Of a DNA stretch of 54,386 nucleotides, positions 41,288-51,420 are shown in pieces (the stretch's first letter is position 1; the number at the start of each line of letters is the position of its first letter). The translations under genes and the position numbers were made by a program. This stretch comes from Syntrophomonadaceae bacterium (GTDB taxonomy: Bacteria > Bacillota > Dethiobacteria > DTU022 > PWGO01), in contig PUKQ01000053.1 in the NCBI GenBank assembly GCA_003550565.1, positions 1 to 54,386 on the forward strand. The letters are read 5' to 3'. A model generated the notes under the pieces. It saw only the letters and a list, made by a program, of their open reading frames with translations. It had not been told where the DNA came from and searched no databases.

Positions 41288-43318
41288 TTGAAGAATAATA
41301 CCGGCGTATATATTTGCCACTGCGGCTCTAACATAGCCTCCACTGTGGACTGTACAAAACTGGCGGAATATGCCGGAAGTCTGCCCCACGTAAAAGTAGT
41401 GCGGGAATATAGTTATATGTGTTCAGATCCCGGGCAGGAACTTATAAATAAAGATATCAGGGAGCTAGGGGTTGACAGGGTAGTTATAGCTGCGTGTTCT
41501 CCACGCTTGCACGAAAACACCTTTCGCAGATTACTTCATAAGGCGGGTATCAACAGATATTTGCTGGAGATGGCCAATATTAGAGAGCAGTGCTCGTGGG
41601 TACATCAGAAAAAAGAAGAAGCTACTTCGAAAGCCAGGCAGTTGCTTTCTTCTGCTTTGAAAAGAGTAATGCTGCAAGAGGAATTAGAAACTCTTAAGGT
41701 GTCTGTAACCCCGGCAGTAATGGTTATTGGGGCCGGAATTGCCGGTATTCAAGCTTCACTAACTATATCCAGGGCAGGTTACCCCGTTTACCTGGTGGAG
41801 AAAGAACCTTCTATCGGAGGCCATATGGCCCAGCTTGATAAAACATTTCCTACTCTTGATTGTTCGGCTTGTATTCTCACTCCCAAAATGGTGGAGCTTG
41901 CCCAGCAGGAGAATGTTCATCTTCTTACCTGCGCCGAAGTGGAAAAGGTAGAGGGTTACGTGGGCAATTTTAAGGCCCGGGTAAAACAGCATCCCCGTTA
42001 TGTAGATCAGGATGTTTGTGCCGGCTGTGGTAGCTGCATGGAAGCTTGCGCTGTCCAAAAAATACCTGCCGAATTTGATGAGGGAATGGGGATGCGTTCG
42101 GCTGCTTATATCCCCTTTCCCCAAGCCGTACCACTCAAATCTACCATAGATTCGCAACATTGCCTTGTATTTAAAGACGGTAAATGTTACCAGAAATGTG
42201 AAGAAATTTATGGTCCTTCCGTGCGAAAGCGTTTTTTGCGCCGTGCTCAACAACGTAGGGAAAGGCCGAAGTGTGTAGAAGCCTGTGAAGCCGGAGCCAT
42301 TGATTTTGAGCAGGAGGAAAAAATCTTGGAACTGGAGGTAGGGGCAATTATCGTAGCTACAGGTTATGATCTCTTTGATGCCCGGGATATGCCCCAGTAC
42401 GGTTATGGAAAATATGAAAATGTTTATACGGGAATGCAGTTTGAACGTATGCTAAATGCTTCCGGCCCCACCGGCGGAGAAATTCTCAAAAGTGATGGTG
42501 AGCCACCGGAATCCATAGCTTTTATTCATTGTGTGGGCAGCCGAGATGAAAACCACAATTTTTATTGTTCCCGTGTTTGCTGTATGTATAATATGAAACA
42601 TGCGTACCAGGCGAAAGAAAAAACCGGGGCCAGGGTTTACGAATTTTATATAGACCTTATGGCTTTTGGAAAGGGGTACCAGGATTTTTACCGGCGTGTA
42701 AGGGAAAAGGACGTGATTTTTACCCGGGGTAAATGTGCGGAAGTAATGGAAGTAGATGATAAATTGAAAGTGTTTGCGGAAGATACTCTTATGGGAAGGC
42801 CTCTGGAGGTAGAGGTGGATATGGTGGTGCTGGGGACGGGAGTGGTGCCGCGGCAAGAGGCATCGTCTATTGCCGGCGTGACAGGGATTTCGCAGGGCAC
42901 GGATGGTTTTTTCCAGGAAGCGCACCCTAAATTACGGCCCATAGAAACACTTGCCGATGGTATTTTTATTAGTGGTTGCTGCCATGGCCCAAAAGATATC
43001 CCTGACACTGTTGTTCAGGCATCATCGGGAGCAGCTGAGGCGCTTTCCCTTATTTCAAGAGGAGAATTGGAAGTAGAAGCTTTAACTGCAGCAGTTAATT
43101 ATGATTTATGCCGTGGCTGTGGCTTTTGTGTGGAAGCATGTGCTTATAATGCCGTTACTATCCATGAAGAAACCGGTAAGGCTACAGTGAATGAGGTGAT
43201 TTGCAAAGGGTGTGGGACTTGTGTTGTGGCATGCTTAACTGGAGCTGTAGATCAGTATAATTTCACTGATGATATAATTCTGGCTCAGATTGAAGGGGTT
43301 TTAAAGCAAAGTAAATAG
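41288..43318 (+). CDS. HdrA-like FAD/Fe-S oxidoreductase (heterodisulfide reductase subunit A family)
   Basis: 676 aa. N-terminal GVYICHCGSNIA, FAD motif VMVIGAGIAGIQASL, TLDCSACILTPKM, several CxxCxxCxxxC ferredoxin motifs, CSRVCCMY. Confidence 0.85.
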   Translation: MKNNTGVYICHCGSNIASTVDCTKLAEYAGSLPHVKVVREYSYMCSDPGQELINKDIRELGVDRVVIAACSPRLHENTFRRLLHKAGINRYLLEMANIREQCSWVHQKKEEATSKARQLLSSALKRVMLQEELETLKVSVTPAVMVIGAGIAGIQASLTISRAGYPVYLVEKEPSIGGHMAQLDKTFPTLDCSACILTPKMVELAQQENVHLLTCAEVEKVEGYVGNFKARVKQHPRYVDQDVCAGCGSCMEACAVQKIPAEFDEGMGMRSAAYIPFPQAVPLKSTIDSQHCLVFKDGKCYQKCEEIYGPSVRKRFLRRAQQRRERPKCVEACEAGAIDFEQEEKILELEVGAIIVATGYDLFDARDMPQYGYGKYENVYTGMQFERMLNASGPTGGEILKSDGEPPESIAFIHCVGSRDENHNFYCSRVCCMYNMKHAYQAKEKTGARVYEFYIDLMAFGKGYQDFYRRVREKDVIFTRGKCAEVMEVDDKLKVFAEDTLMGRPLEVEVDMVVLGTGVVPRQEASSIAGVTGISQGTDGFFQEAHPKLRPIETLADGIFISGCCHGPKDIPDTVVQASSGAAEALSLISRGELEVEALTAAVNYDLCRGCGFCVEACAYNAVTIHEETGKATVNEVICKGCGTCVVACLTGAVDQYNFTDDIILAQIEGVLKQSK

Positions 43319-43333
43319 TTTCGCATGAAGAAG

Positions 43334-44527
43334 CTATATTTGTGCAAACTGGGCAAAAACCTGCAGGTATTCAGTTGCCACGTTGCTCCAGAGCATTTGA
43401 CGGCTGTAGCGGTAAGCATTATTCCTTAATTCGTAACGTAGCTCGTTATCTTCTAAAAGTAACAGCAATTCCCTGGCGATGGCTTTATTATCGCGGAAAG
43501 GAACCAGTCGGCCGTGATTATTGCTCAGCATTTCTGCGGCATAATGATAGGGAGTAGATATTATTGCTTTTCCGCAGCCCATGGCATAAGCAAGAGCTCC
43601 CGAAGCAGTGCGATCTTCATTTAAATAATTTGTTATGAAAATATCAGTGGCCAGCAGGTAACCGATTAATTCCTGCAGGGACACGAACTCGTCGTGGAAA
43701 AAAACATTGTCATTAAGCCCCAAATCATCTACCAACTGCATGAGGGATTGGCGGTATTCTTCTCCATGATATTTCCTTATGACGGGGTGAGTTTTGCCCA
43801 CTACGAGAAATGCGGCTTTGGGAAAATATTTGGTTACCTCTGCCATGGCCTCTATTACATATTCAATTCCTTTTTTTGGGTCCAGTAATCCAAAATTTAA
43901 GATAACCGGACGACCTTCCTTGCCGATGTTTGGTTTGTAATGAGAAGGATCGATAAATGGTTTTTCATGAATGCCGTGGTGGATAAATAAACCTTTGTCT
44001 GCGGGAATATCATAAGAATCCTGCAAAATTTCCCGGGCTTTTTCGGCCATTACGACTACATAGTTTGAGCGGGCGCTGATTTCTTGAATTATTTCTTTCT
44101 GAATGGGGTTGGGATTGTTTAATACAGTGTGTAAGGTCGATACCACAGGTTTTTTTAGTTTATTGAGCAGGTTTATAATGTAATATCCTTCTTCTCCGCC
44201 AAAAAGATTAAACTCATGCTGCAAAGAAACTATATCCTGAGAGGAAGCGTTAATAAATTCAGCAGCCTCGTAATAGTCGTTAAGAGAGTGATCTTTGATT
44301 ACAAAAGTAGTTTCTGAAGGGTAATTATTAATGGGTTCTTCAATATCATCCACAGCTATTACTTGTAATGAATTATTGGTTACTTCTTCTCTATTATATT
44401 GCTTGGCCAGGCTTGATAATAAGTCTTGCGAAAACGTGGCAATACCGCATCTGCGAGGGGGATAACTGGATATAAAAGTTACTTTGGGGGTTTCTTGTAA
44501 ATCTATTTTAAACATACCTTTCATCAC
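43334..44527 (-). CDS. GT4-family (group 1) glycosyltransferase
   Basis: 397 aa. N-terminal FISSYPPRRCGIATFSQDL and the C-terminal sugar-donor region (ASGALAYAMGCGKAIISTP) are typical of GT-B/GT4 enzymes. Convergent with hdrA-like, 15 bp apart. Confidence 0.85.
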   Translation of the reverse strand: MMKGMFKIDLQETPKVTFISSYPPRRCGIATFSQDLLSSLAKQYNREEVTNNSLQVIAVDDIEEPINNYPSETTFVIKDHSLNDYYEAAEFINASSQDIVSLQHEFNLFGGEEGYYIINLLNKLKKPVVSTLHTVLNNPNPIQKEIIQEISARSNYVVVMAEKAREILQDSYDIPADKGLFIHHGIHEKPFIDPSHYKPNIGKEGRPVILNFGLLDPKKGIEYVIEAMAEVTKYFPKAAFLVVGKTHPVIRKYHGEEYRQSLMQLVDDLGLNDNVFFHDEFVSLQELIGYLLATDIFITNYLNEDRTASGALAYAMGCGKAIISTPYHYAAEMLSNNHGRLVPFRDNKAIARELLLLLEDNELRYELRNNAYRYSRQMLWSNVATEYLQVFAQFAQI

Positions 44528-45083
44528 CTCCTTTACTTGAAAACTTATGATGCATAAGTATAAAAAGGAAGATTAGCAATATATTATTGAACATTTGAAT
44601 ATAATTTTTTGGTTTTTCTACAGTTATTGGACGGTTTTTTGCGATAGCCTAAGAACGGTAGCAATGACACCAGGTTGTTTGATAAATTACCGAGTTTTCT
44701 GGCAAAACAAAAAAGGTTAATTTTGGAAGACTTTATGATGAGAATACTTTGTGTTTTGTTTTACTGAGATATATGCGGTGATTTTTAAATATTGATTAAA
44801 ATTTTAATCATACTTTTCTTTAAATATTTCGACAATCTTTATTGAAAATCCTTCTTAAATAAAAAAGTTTTTTACAATATGAAGGTTAGGGTAAAATAAA
44901 AACCGGTTATTATCGAGTTTGCCAAATTAAAGTAAAATATATTGCTTAGGTGGAAGGAAATTTTATAAGGTAGAGTGAATATTACCTTATAGAATGTTTT
45001 TAATTTTATAACTACTCGCGCTGAGAAAAGACCTGGCTAAAGCAGGTTATATCTGAGTAGTTACCAAAAATGAGGAGGTTATT

Positions 45084-46325
45084 ATGGCTACCCAAAAATT
45101 AATTCCTTTGCCTTTGGAAAATATGGATGAAACAGATATTTCTCTGGCGCATAGTTTGCAAAAATGGGCGGAAACCGAAGTTATTAACCGGAGATTAGAA
45201 TACAGAGAAGATTATACAAACTTGCTATTACCTGCTATGCATAAGTTATTAGTGGATATTGAGATGCAGAAGATGCTTTGGCCGGAGAAATATGGGGGAG
45301 TGGAACATAACTCCCCGGAAGTAGCTTTTACGCTGGCCCATGCCCTGGAACAAATTGGCCGCGCGGATACGGGCATCGGGTTTATTTGTGCTTCTACTTA
45401 TGCTCTGTGCAGTACTTTTGCCCTCCAACCCACTATGAACGATGAACTGTGTCGGGAATTTGCTCCTCAGTTTTGTGAAGGTAATGCCCCTGTTTTAGGT
45501 TCTCTGATTGTTCCCGCATATGGCAGCGAGGAAAGTGATTCTGCTACGGCATTCCGGGGAAAATACATGCAGGCCAACGCGCGAAAGGAAGGCAATGAAT
45601 GGATAATCAGTGGCAAGGAAATACGCCCCCTAAATTCGGGAGTTGATGCTTCTTTATATGGGGCTTTTTGTTTTTTAGAGGATGAACAGGAGCCGGCATT
45701 TTTTATTATTCCCGCTCATTTACCCGGCATCAAAAGGGGAGATAATTTTATTAAAACTGGCCTGGCTGCCAGTAGAAATTGCATTCTGGATCTGGATGAA
45801 GTGCGCCTACCTTTAAACAACCTTGTTTTTCGGGGAGAAGCCCCTTACCGGAGGATGATGTCCTGGCTTTACATGGGAATGAGCGCAGTAACTGTAGGTT
45901 CACTTTTTGCTGTTTACGAAATAATAAAGGACTGGGGAGATACCAGGGTTATAAAAGGAAAAGGAAGTATTTTTAAGGAAAACCCTCTTACAGCTTCACT
46001 GATGGCGGAAGCAAGCAACGAGATATTGCTAAGCCGGCTTCTAACTCATCAGGCATCTCAGATGTTAGCTAATCCGGGTGCTTACGAAACCGGGGAGGAT
46101 GAAAGGTTGTACATTTATGCACTGAGTATTACCAACCATGTTAGCAGTGCTGCTGAAAAGGCCATTAACCAGGTTATGGAATTAATGGGGTCGGCGGGGT
46201 ATGCCACCGAATGGAACCTCGAGCGTTACTGGCGGGACGTTAAAAATCTGCAGCTTTACCTGGGCAACTGGGAATTAAATAAAATGGATTTGGCCCGCTA
46301 CTTTTACCAGTGCAAATCCTTGTGA
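45084..46325 (+). CDS. acyl-CoA dehydrogenase-family protein lacking the canonical catalytic Glu
   Basis: 413 aa, ACAD fold pattern. The C-terminal GSAGYATEWNLERYWRDVKNLQLYLGNWEL aligns residue-for-residue with MCAD [30 protein letters not shown], placing Leu at the Glu376 position. Confidence 0.8.
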   Translation: MATQKLIPLPLENMDETDISLAHSLQKWAETEVINRRLEYREDYTNLLLPAMHKLLVDIEMQKMLWPEKYGGVEHNSPEVAFTLAHALEQIGRADTGIGFICASTYALCSTFALQPTMNDELCREFAPQFCEGNAPVLGSLIVPAYGSEESDSATAFRGKYMQANARKEGNEWIISGKEIRPLNSGVDASLYGAFCFLEDEQEPAFFIIPAHLPGIKRGDNFIKTGLAASRNCILDLDEVRLPLNNLVFRGEAPYRRMMSWLYMGMSAVTVGSLFAVYEIIKDWGDTRVIKGKGSIFKENPLTASLMAEASNEILLSRLLTHQASQMLANPGAYETGEDERLYIYALSITNHVSSAAEKAINQVMELMGSAGYATEWNLERYWRDVKNLQLYLGNWELNKMDLARYFYQCKSL

Positions 46326-46433
46326 GCAAGCAGCCCGTAATAATATTTGCTTTTTCTTTTTCTGAAAAACTTGGGAGAATAAATAGAACTCAGTTATTTT
46401 AGTTTAAATAATATATTGGGGAGGATTATAAAT

Positions 46434-47702
46434 ATGCACACTATTGATGATTTTACCAGACCCAGGGAGTATCTTTCACCGCTGGATGAATACATGGGCA
46501 AAATAGTAAGAGATTGGGCAGAAAAAGAAGTAATTCCTTTTCGTCGAAATTATGATGAAGATTGGAAAGAACATAATATTATCGAACCTGCTTTTGACAA
46601 ATTAATGGGCGAGCTGGGAATGCAGCGGGTTCTATTTCCTGAAGACTTGGGAGGGTGGGGATTGGGCCATTCCCACTACATTGGTTCGGCTTCCTTCCGT
46701 ATGTTTGAAGAAGTGGCGCGAGCGGATTCTGCTATAGCCGTTGCTTTTGGAGTCGTTTTTTGGCCTCTCATTATGATCTGCAATAAACCGCATGTTAACC
46801 GCCGACTTTGCGAGGAATTTTCACCCCTTTTTTGTCAGACAGACAAGGCAGTATTTGCTGCTAATGCCATGACTGAACCCCAGGGTGGCGCGGACATAGA
46901 AAACCTGGACATCGTTAAGGGAACTACTATTGAAACCACGGCAATACTTGAAGGCGATGAGTGGGTTATAAACGGGCACAAGCTTTGGCCTACAAACAGC
47001 GGAGGCATAGCGGATCTATTTGGGGTGGTATGCACCACTAATCCCGGTTCTGACGATGTGAATGATTTTGCCTTTATTTTTGTTCCCGCAGACACCCCCG
47101 GTGTTACCCAGGGTGGCCCTTATCAAAAGGCGGGAATGGCTGCGGATAAAAACGGAGACATCTGGTTCGAAAATGTAAGGGTTCCTGCCTTTTATCGCGC
47201 CTGCGGCCCCGGAGATGATTACAAGTATTTTAAAGAAGTTATCTCCTTCGGCAACCTAGGCAGTATCTCGTTTGTGAGCGGAGCCATGCTTAATGTATAC
47301 GAAATTTTGCGGGAATTTGTGGATACATATTTTTTCAAAGGAAAGCCTCTAAAAGAACATGATGCGGTGGCAGGGGTTCTGGCGGATTTAGCAAAAGACA
47401 TTGAAATCATCCGGATTATAGGTTACCAGTACGCCAGGATGATTGATCGGCCGGACATTTATGGAGATCGCTGGAGCGACGAGATTGTGGCCAAGGGGCG
47501 GGCCTATAAATATTTTGCCTGTGACCGGGCCGTGGAAGATCTGGGTAAAGCTATGAACTTGATGGAATCATACGGTAGTGAACGCTGCTGGGATATTGAA
47601 AAACACTGGAGAGATTTAAAAATTGTTCAACTGTGGATGGGTGGTAAACAGCTTTGCCAAATGGAGACGGCACGCCTATTTTTCGACTGCCAAACTCTAT
47701 AA
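46434..47702 (+). CDS. acyl-CoA dehydrogenase-family protein lacking the canonical catalytic Glu (paralogue of the upstream gene)
   Basis: About 422 aa counted from the ATG behind GGGGAGG (the ORF is open from 46416). AMTEPQGGADI, WPTNSGG. ..WDIEKHWRDLKIVQLWMGGKQL places Met at the Glu376 position. Confidence 0.8.
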   Translation: MHTIDDFTRPREYLSPLDEYMGKIVRDWAEKEVIPFRRNYDEDWKEHNIIEPAFDKLMGELGMQRVLFPEDLGGWGLGHSHYIGSASFRMFEEVARADSAIAVAFGVVFWPLIMICNKPHVNRRLCEEFSPLFCQTDKAVFAANAMTEPQGGADIENLDIVKGTTIETTAILEGDEWVINGHKLWPTNSGGIADLFGVVCTTNPGSDDVNDFAFIFVPADTPGVTQGGPYQKAGMAADKNGDIWFENVRVPAFYRACGPGDDYKYFKEVISFGNLGSISFVSGAMLNVYEILREFVDTYFFKGKPLKEHDAVAGVLADLAKDIEIIRIIGYQYARMIDRPDIYGDRWSDEIVAKGRAYKYFACDRAVEDLGKAMNLMESYGSERCWDIEKHWRDLKIVQLWMGGKQLCQMETARLFFDCQTL

Positions 47703-47739
47703 ATAATTATGGAAATAATATGGAAAGGAAAGAAAAGTT

Positions 47740-48411
47740 ATGAGCGAATTAAATTATCAACCCGGCTCTATTGATGCTGCCGATCGTGTAATGCGGGAAC
47801 TTTTGCGGACCCCCCGTTTCAAAAACGGCGTTAAAGTATTGCTTAATTCTCTGGATCCGAAATCGGCGCCCGGTTTGGTGAGAACCCTTATGTGGGAAGA
47901 TGCAGAGTTGTTTTTAGATGTGGTGGGAGTCGCTCCCGATGTTTTGAATGCACTGCTTTTGGGCAGTAGGGAAGCCATTGTCCAGGCAGAAAATTATCCG
48001 AAGCCGGTGTTGGCTGATTTCATTTCTCAAATGTTAGATAAATTTGATGCGGAAGAACTTGGTTCTACCATAGGGAAGGCAGCAGCCCTTTTACAGGATG
48101 TACAGAATGTCCCTGGTGACCCCGTGCAGAAATCCTTTGAAGATTTTAAAAGCCGGGTAAACAAAGGGTTGACTGCTGAAGGGCAAGAAGACACGGCTTT
48201 TTTAATGCTTTCTGTTTTGCAGCCATTACTTCGCCAACAGATGCGTCGGCTAGCTTTAGAAGCTGCCCGGGAGGGTTCGGAAACTCAGAAAGTGATTCAA
48301 GGCCTTTCTCAGGCTTTCATGGAAGAAGTAAAAGAAAATCCGGATTTTCTTAATTATGTCCTCAGGCCATTTTTTGATTCTTTGCCGGGGACTGATAGCG
48401 AAAACGGCTGA
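47740..48411 (+). CDS. hypothetical helical protein (shares an N-terminal motif with the next ORF)
   Basis: 223-aa ORF with a GGAAAGGAAAG SD. The motif RELLRTPRFK..GLVRTLMWEDAELF parallels KELLRTPAFK..MARTILWEDAAFSF in 48442-50250. No domain recognised. Confidence 0.6.
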   Translation: MSELNYQPGSIDAADRVMRELLRTPRFKNGVKVLLNSLDPKSAPGLVRTLMWEDAELFLDVVGVAPDVLNALLLGSREAIVQAENYPKPVLADFISQMLDKFDAEELGSTIGKAAALLQDVQNVPGDPVQKSFEDFKSRVNKGLTAEGQEDTAFLMLSVLQPLLRQQMRRLALEAAREGSETQKVIQGLSQAFMEEVKENPDFLNYVLRPFFDSLPGTDSENG

Positions 48412-48441
48412 AAAATAGTGTAAGAGGAGGAAAGGGAAAAT

Positions 48442-50250
48442 ATGGAAGACGATTTCAAAAACAAGGATTTTAAAAACGAAAATAATGAAGAGTCGCCGCA
48501 AACCGGAGCTGCCCCCCGCATTATAAAAGAACTCCTCCGTACACCGGCATTTAAAGATTTAATTACTTTAAGCCAGGGGGAATATGAGAAAGAAGATCCC
48601 CGGGAGATGGCGAGAACAATTTTATGGGAAGATGCCGCTTTTTCCTTCGGCTTATTGGGCAATCTGCCTTCCGGTATAAATTTTTGGATTAACTTTTTAG
48701 ATGAGCTGGGGATACAGCTTCAAAATATGCCCCCTCACCTCCTGCGAGAATATATTTCTCATATGGGGGATAATTTGGATAGAGAAGCGCTTGTAAATTT
48801 GCCCCGGTCTTATGCGCCTCTGGTGGAAAAGCTTTTATGGGAGGATCCGGAAAATCAACGCCATCTGCGCGCAGGAGCCAAAGAAACCCTCAACAACCTG
48901 ATGCGTCTTTCTGCGCGATCAATGGACAAACTTTCTACCCTGTATGAACAGGAAGAAAAGGCCGAAGGAAGAGCGGATGGCTTTGATGGTGGGGAAAGTG
49001 AAAATGACATTCTTGGAGAAGAGAAAGAACTGGATCCTCAAGCTTTGGGGGAATTGGTTAATTCCTTGTTTAAGTGGATGGGGGAAGCAGCGGGCAAAGA
49101 TCCGGAGACCATCCGAGCTGCTCAGGAAAAAAAGAAAGCTTTTTTAGAGGAAACCTTAAAGCACACCGATTTTGGTTTATTGCGCAGCGCCATTACCAGG
49201 CGGGCAGAAGCCAATTACCCTGTTTATGAGGCAGTGGGCGGTGCTCTTGTGAGTGACCCTGTTATTTTTGCCAACCTGGTTAATGTTTTACCTCCGTTGC
49301 TCAATAATTTGCTCAAGGGAGTTTCCAGCACTATTTCTCAAGTTGATTTTCCTCCCGAGATCCTGGCCAGTGCTGTTTTCAACCTGCTTGATGACCTGGA
49401 AGCTGCGGAAATAGCCGGAATCGCCAATGGATTAAGCAGTTTAATTAACCAACTTCATGAAGGAAACATGGTCCTTGGAAAAAACGAACCACGCTTTAAA
49501 GGTGTGTTGGAAAATTTCCTGGAAAAAGTACTTCAAGACTTTGATCAAAATGAAGTTGCCGGGGCGCTACAGGCTGTTATGGAAGATATGGAGGTTGTCC
49601 TCATAGTAACGGCAGATACTTTGGCGGAAAGGCCAGACTTGCTGGAAGATGTACTTCCGGCCGTCTATGCCGGTTTTAATGCTAATTTGAGAGGCCTTAT
49701 TTATTTTGTGCACACTTTGGATGATCTTCCCCCCGAGACTTATCAGCAATTGGGGCGGGAATTGGAAGAAAAAGGTGTCATTAAAGAGCTTGTCAGCCTT
49801 GTTAACGCGTTAATAGGTTTCGCCAACAGGATGATGGCGGAAAATCCTCATTTGTTGCAGCATGTAATTGAATCTCTTTATAATGACCTGGACAAAGATG
49901 AAATACAGAAACTTACCCGGCAGATTTATCAGCAGGGATATGCTTTTATGGTCAATGAGGAATTAGATGATTATTTACGTCCTGACTATATCGGACGAAT
50001 GACCAATTCACTCCTGGTTTCATATAATCGCAAATTAGAAAAAGAACCTCACAAAGTGCAGCAGAACCTGGAACTTTACTTAAAAAATCTTGATCAAGAA
50101 GAATTGTCCCGGGCAGTAACCAATAGTTCGAAACAATTCCAGAATGTTATAGCAAATAATCCCCAATTAGCTCAGGGGTTAATAAGTATTTTTTATTCCG
50201 TTTTCAAGGGAGCTGTAATAGGAGCTTTTAGATCGGGAAAACGTAAGTAA
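48442..50250 (+). CDS. hypothetical large helical protein (paralogous N-terminus to 47740-48411)
   Basis: 602-aa ORF, Leu/Glu-rich with no Cys motifs. GAGGAGGAAAGGG SD. No family recognised. Confidence 0.6.
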   Translation: MEDDFKNKDFKNENNEESPQTGAAPRIIKELLRTPAFKDLITLSQGEYEKEDPREMARTILWEDAAFSFGLLGNLPSGINFWINFLDELGIQLQNMPPHLLREYISHMGDNLDREALVNLPRSYAPLVEKLLWEDPENQRHLRAGAKETLNNLMRLSARSMDKLSTLYEQEEKAEGRADGFDGGESENDILGEEKELDPQALGELVNSLFKWMGEAAGKDPETIRAAQEKKKAFLEETLKHTDFGLLRSAITRRAEANYPVYEAVGGALVSDPVIFANLVNVLPPLLNNLLKGVSSTISQVDFPPEILASAVFNLLDDLEAAEIAGIANGLSSLINQLHEGNMVLGKNEPRFKGVLENFLEKVLQDFDQNEVAGALQAVMEDMEVVLIVTADTLAERPDLLEDVLPAVYAGFNANLRGLIYFVHTLDDLPPETYQQLGRELEEKGVIKELVSLVNALIGFANRMMAENPHLLQHVIESLYNDLDKDEIQKLTRQIYQQGYAFMVNEELDDYLRPDYIGRMTNSLLVSYNRKLEKEPHKVQQNLELYLKNLDQEELSRAVTNSSKQFQNVIANNPQLAQGLISIFYSVFKGAVIGAFRSGKRK

Positions 50251-50305
50251 GCATATTTCCTTATTCAAGCTCGGGGCAAAGCAAAAGAGGGAGGCGAAAT
50301 AAAAC

Positions 50306-51415
50306 ATGGATGAGTTGAACGAACTGGTAAGCGTCATAGAAAATACTTATGTGAGGAAAGCTCGCGAAGAAGGACAAAAAATTGTGGGTTATGCGTGCCT
50401 ATCTACTCCCCGCGAAATATTTGATGCTGCAGGAATATTTCCTTACCGAATCAAAGCCTTATCTAATACGGAAACAGAAATGGCCGATGCACATCTTTCG
50501 CGTTTTAATTGTGGATTTTGCCGTTCGTGCCTGCAACTGGGATTAGATGGTACTTACGATTTTTTGGACGGTTTGGTGGAAACTAACGGGTGTGATCACC
50601 TGCGAGGAATGTTTGAGAACTGGCAGTATGTGACTCCCCGTTCTTTTTTTCACTATCTTAGGGTGCCCCACCTTACCGATGAGGATTCTATGGAGTGGTT
50701 TAGGGGCGAGTTGGAAATGCTTGTGGAAGCTCTGGAAAAACACTTTGATGTGATTATTAATGAAGAAAATTTGCAGGCTTCCATTAAGACGCAGGATCAA
50801 ATAACAGAAAAGTTAAGGCATATTTATGAGAGCAGGTGGGAAAAGGAGATAAAGGTGCCGGGTAGTGAAATAATGGCTTTGACAGTGGCGGAAGGTTCTA
50901 TGCCTCCTGCTGATTACAGCCGTTTACTGGACGAATATTTAGAGGTTATCAGGAAAAGAAAGCCGCTGAAGACCCGGGCCAGGATTTTTATGGGTGGGGC
51001 GGCTACCGATGAAGTGGAACTTATCACTGCCCTGGAAGAGCTGGGTGGAATAATGGTAGCGGACTCATTTTGTTTCGGAGGGCGGCTTTTCCGGCGGAAA
51101 TCATCTGCGGATGATACTCTCCTTAGGCTGGTGGAAATGTATTTAAACAATTTATTGTGCCCGCGTATGTTTATGGATTATGAGAGCCGCAAATCTTTTA
51201 TCAAAGATATGATCCAAAAATCCGGGGCAGAAGGGGCGGTGCTTTTTCATAACAAGTTTTGTGATCTGCACGGTATTGAAAATGTTCAAATAAGACTGGA
51301 TTTGGAAAAAGAGGGTATGCCGGTCCTGCTTTTAGAAAAGGAATACGGCGCGGAGGCTGATATAGGACGCTTGAAAACCAGAGTACAGGCTTTTTTGGAA
51401 AGGCTAAAGAGGTGA
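50306..51415 (+). CDS. benzoyl-CoA reductase / 2-hydroxyacyl-CoA dehydratase family subunit (BcrC/BadD/HgdB-like)
   Basis: 369 aa. N-terminal GQKIVGYACLSTPREIFDAAGIFPYRI and conserved Cys (FNCGFCRSC, NGCDH, KFCDLH) fit the HGD-D family. Confidence 0.8.
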   Translation: MDELNELVSVIENTYVRKAREEGQKIVGYACLSTPREIFDAAGIFPYRIKALSNTETEMADAHLSRFNCGFCRSCLQLGLDGTYDFLDGLVETNGCDHLRGMFENWQYVTPRSFFHYLRVPHLTDEDSMEWFRGELEMLVEALEKHFDVIINEENLQASIKTQDQITEKLRHIYESRWEKEIKVPGSEIMALTVAEGSMPPADYSRLLDEYLEVIRKRKPLKTRARIFMGGAATDEVELITALEELGGIMVADSFCFGGRLFRRKSSADDTLLRLVEMYLNNLLCPRMFMDYESRKSFIKDMIQKSGAEGAVLFHNKFCDLHGIENVQIRLDLEKEGMPVLLLEKEYGAEADIGRLKTRVQAFLERLKR

Positions 51416-51420
51416 ATATT

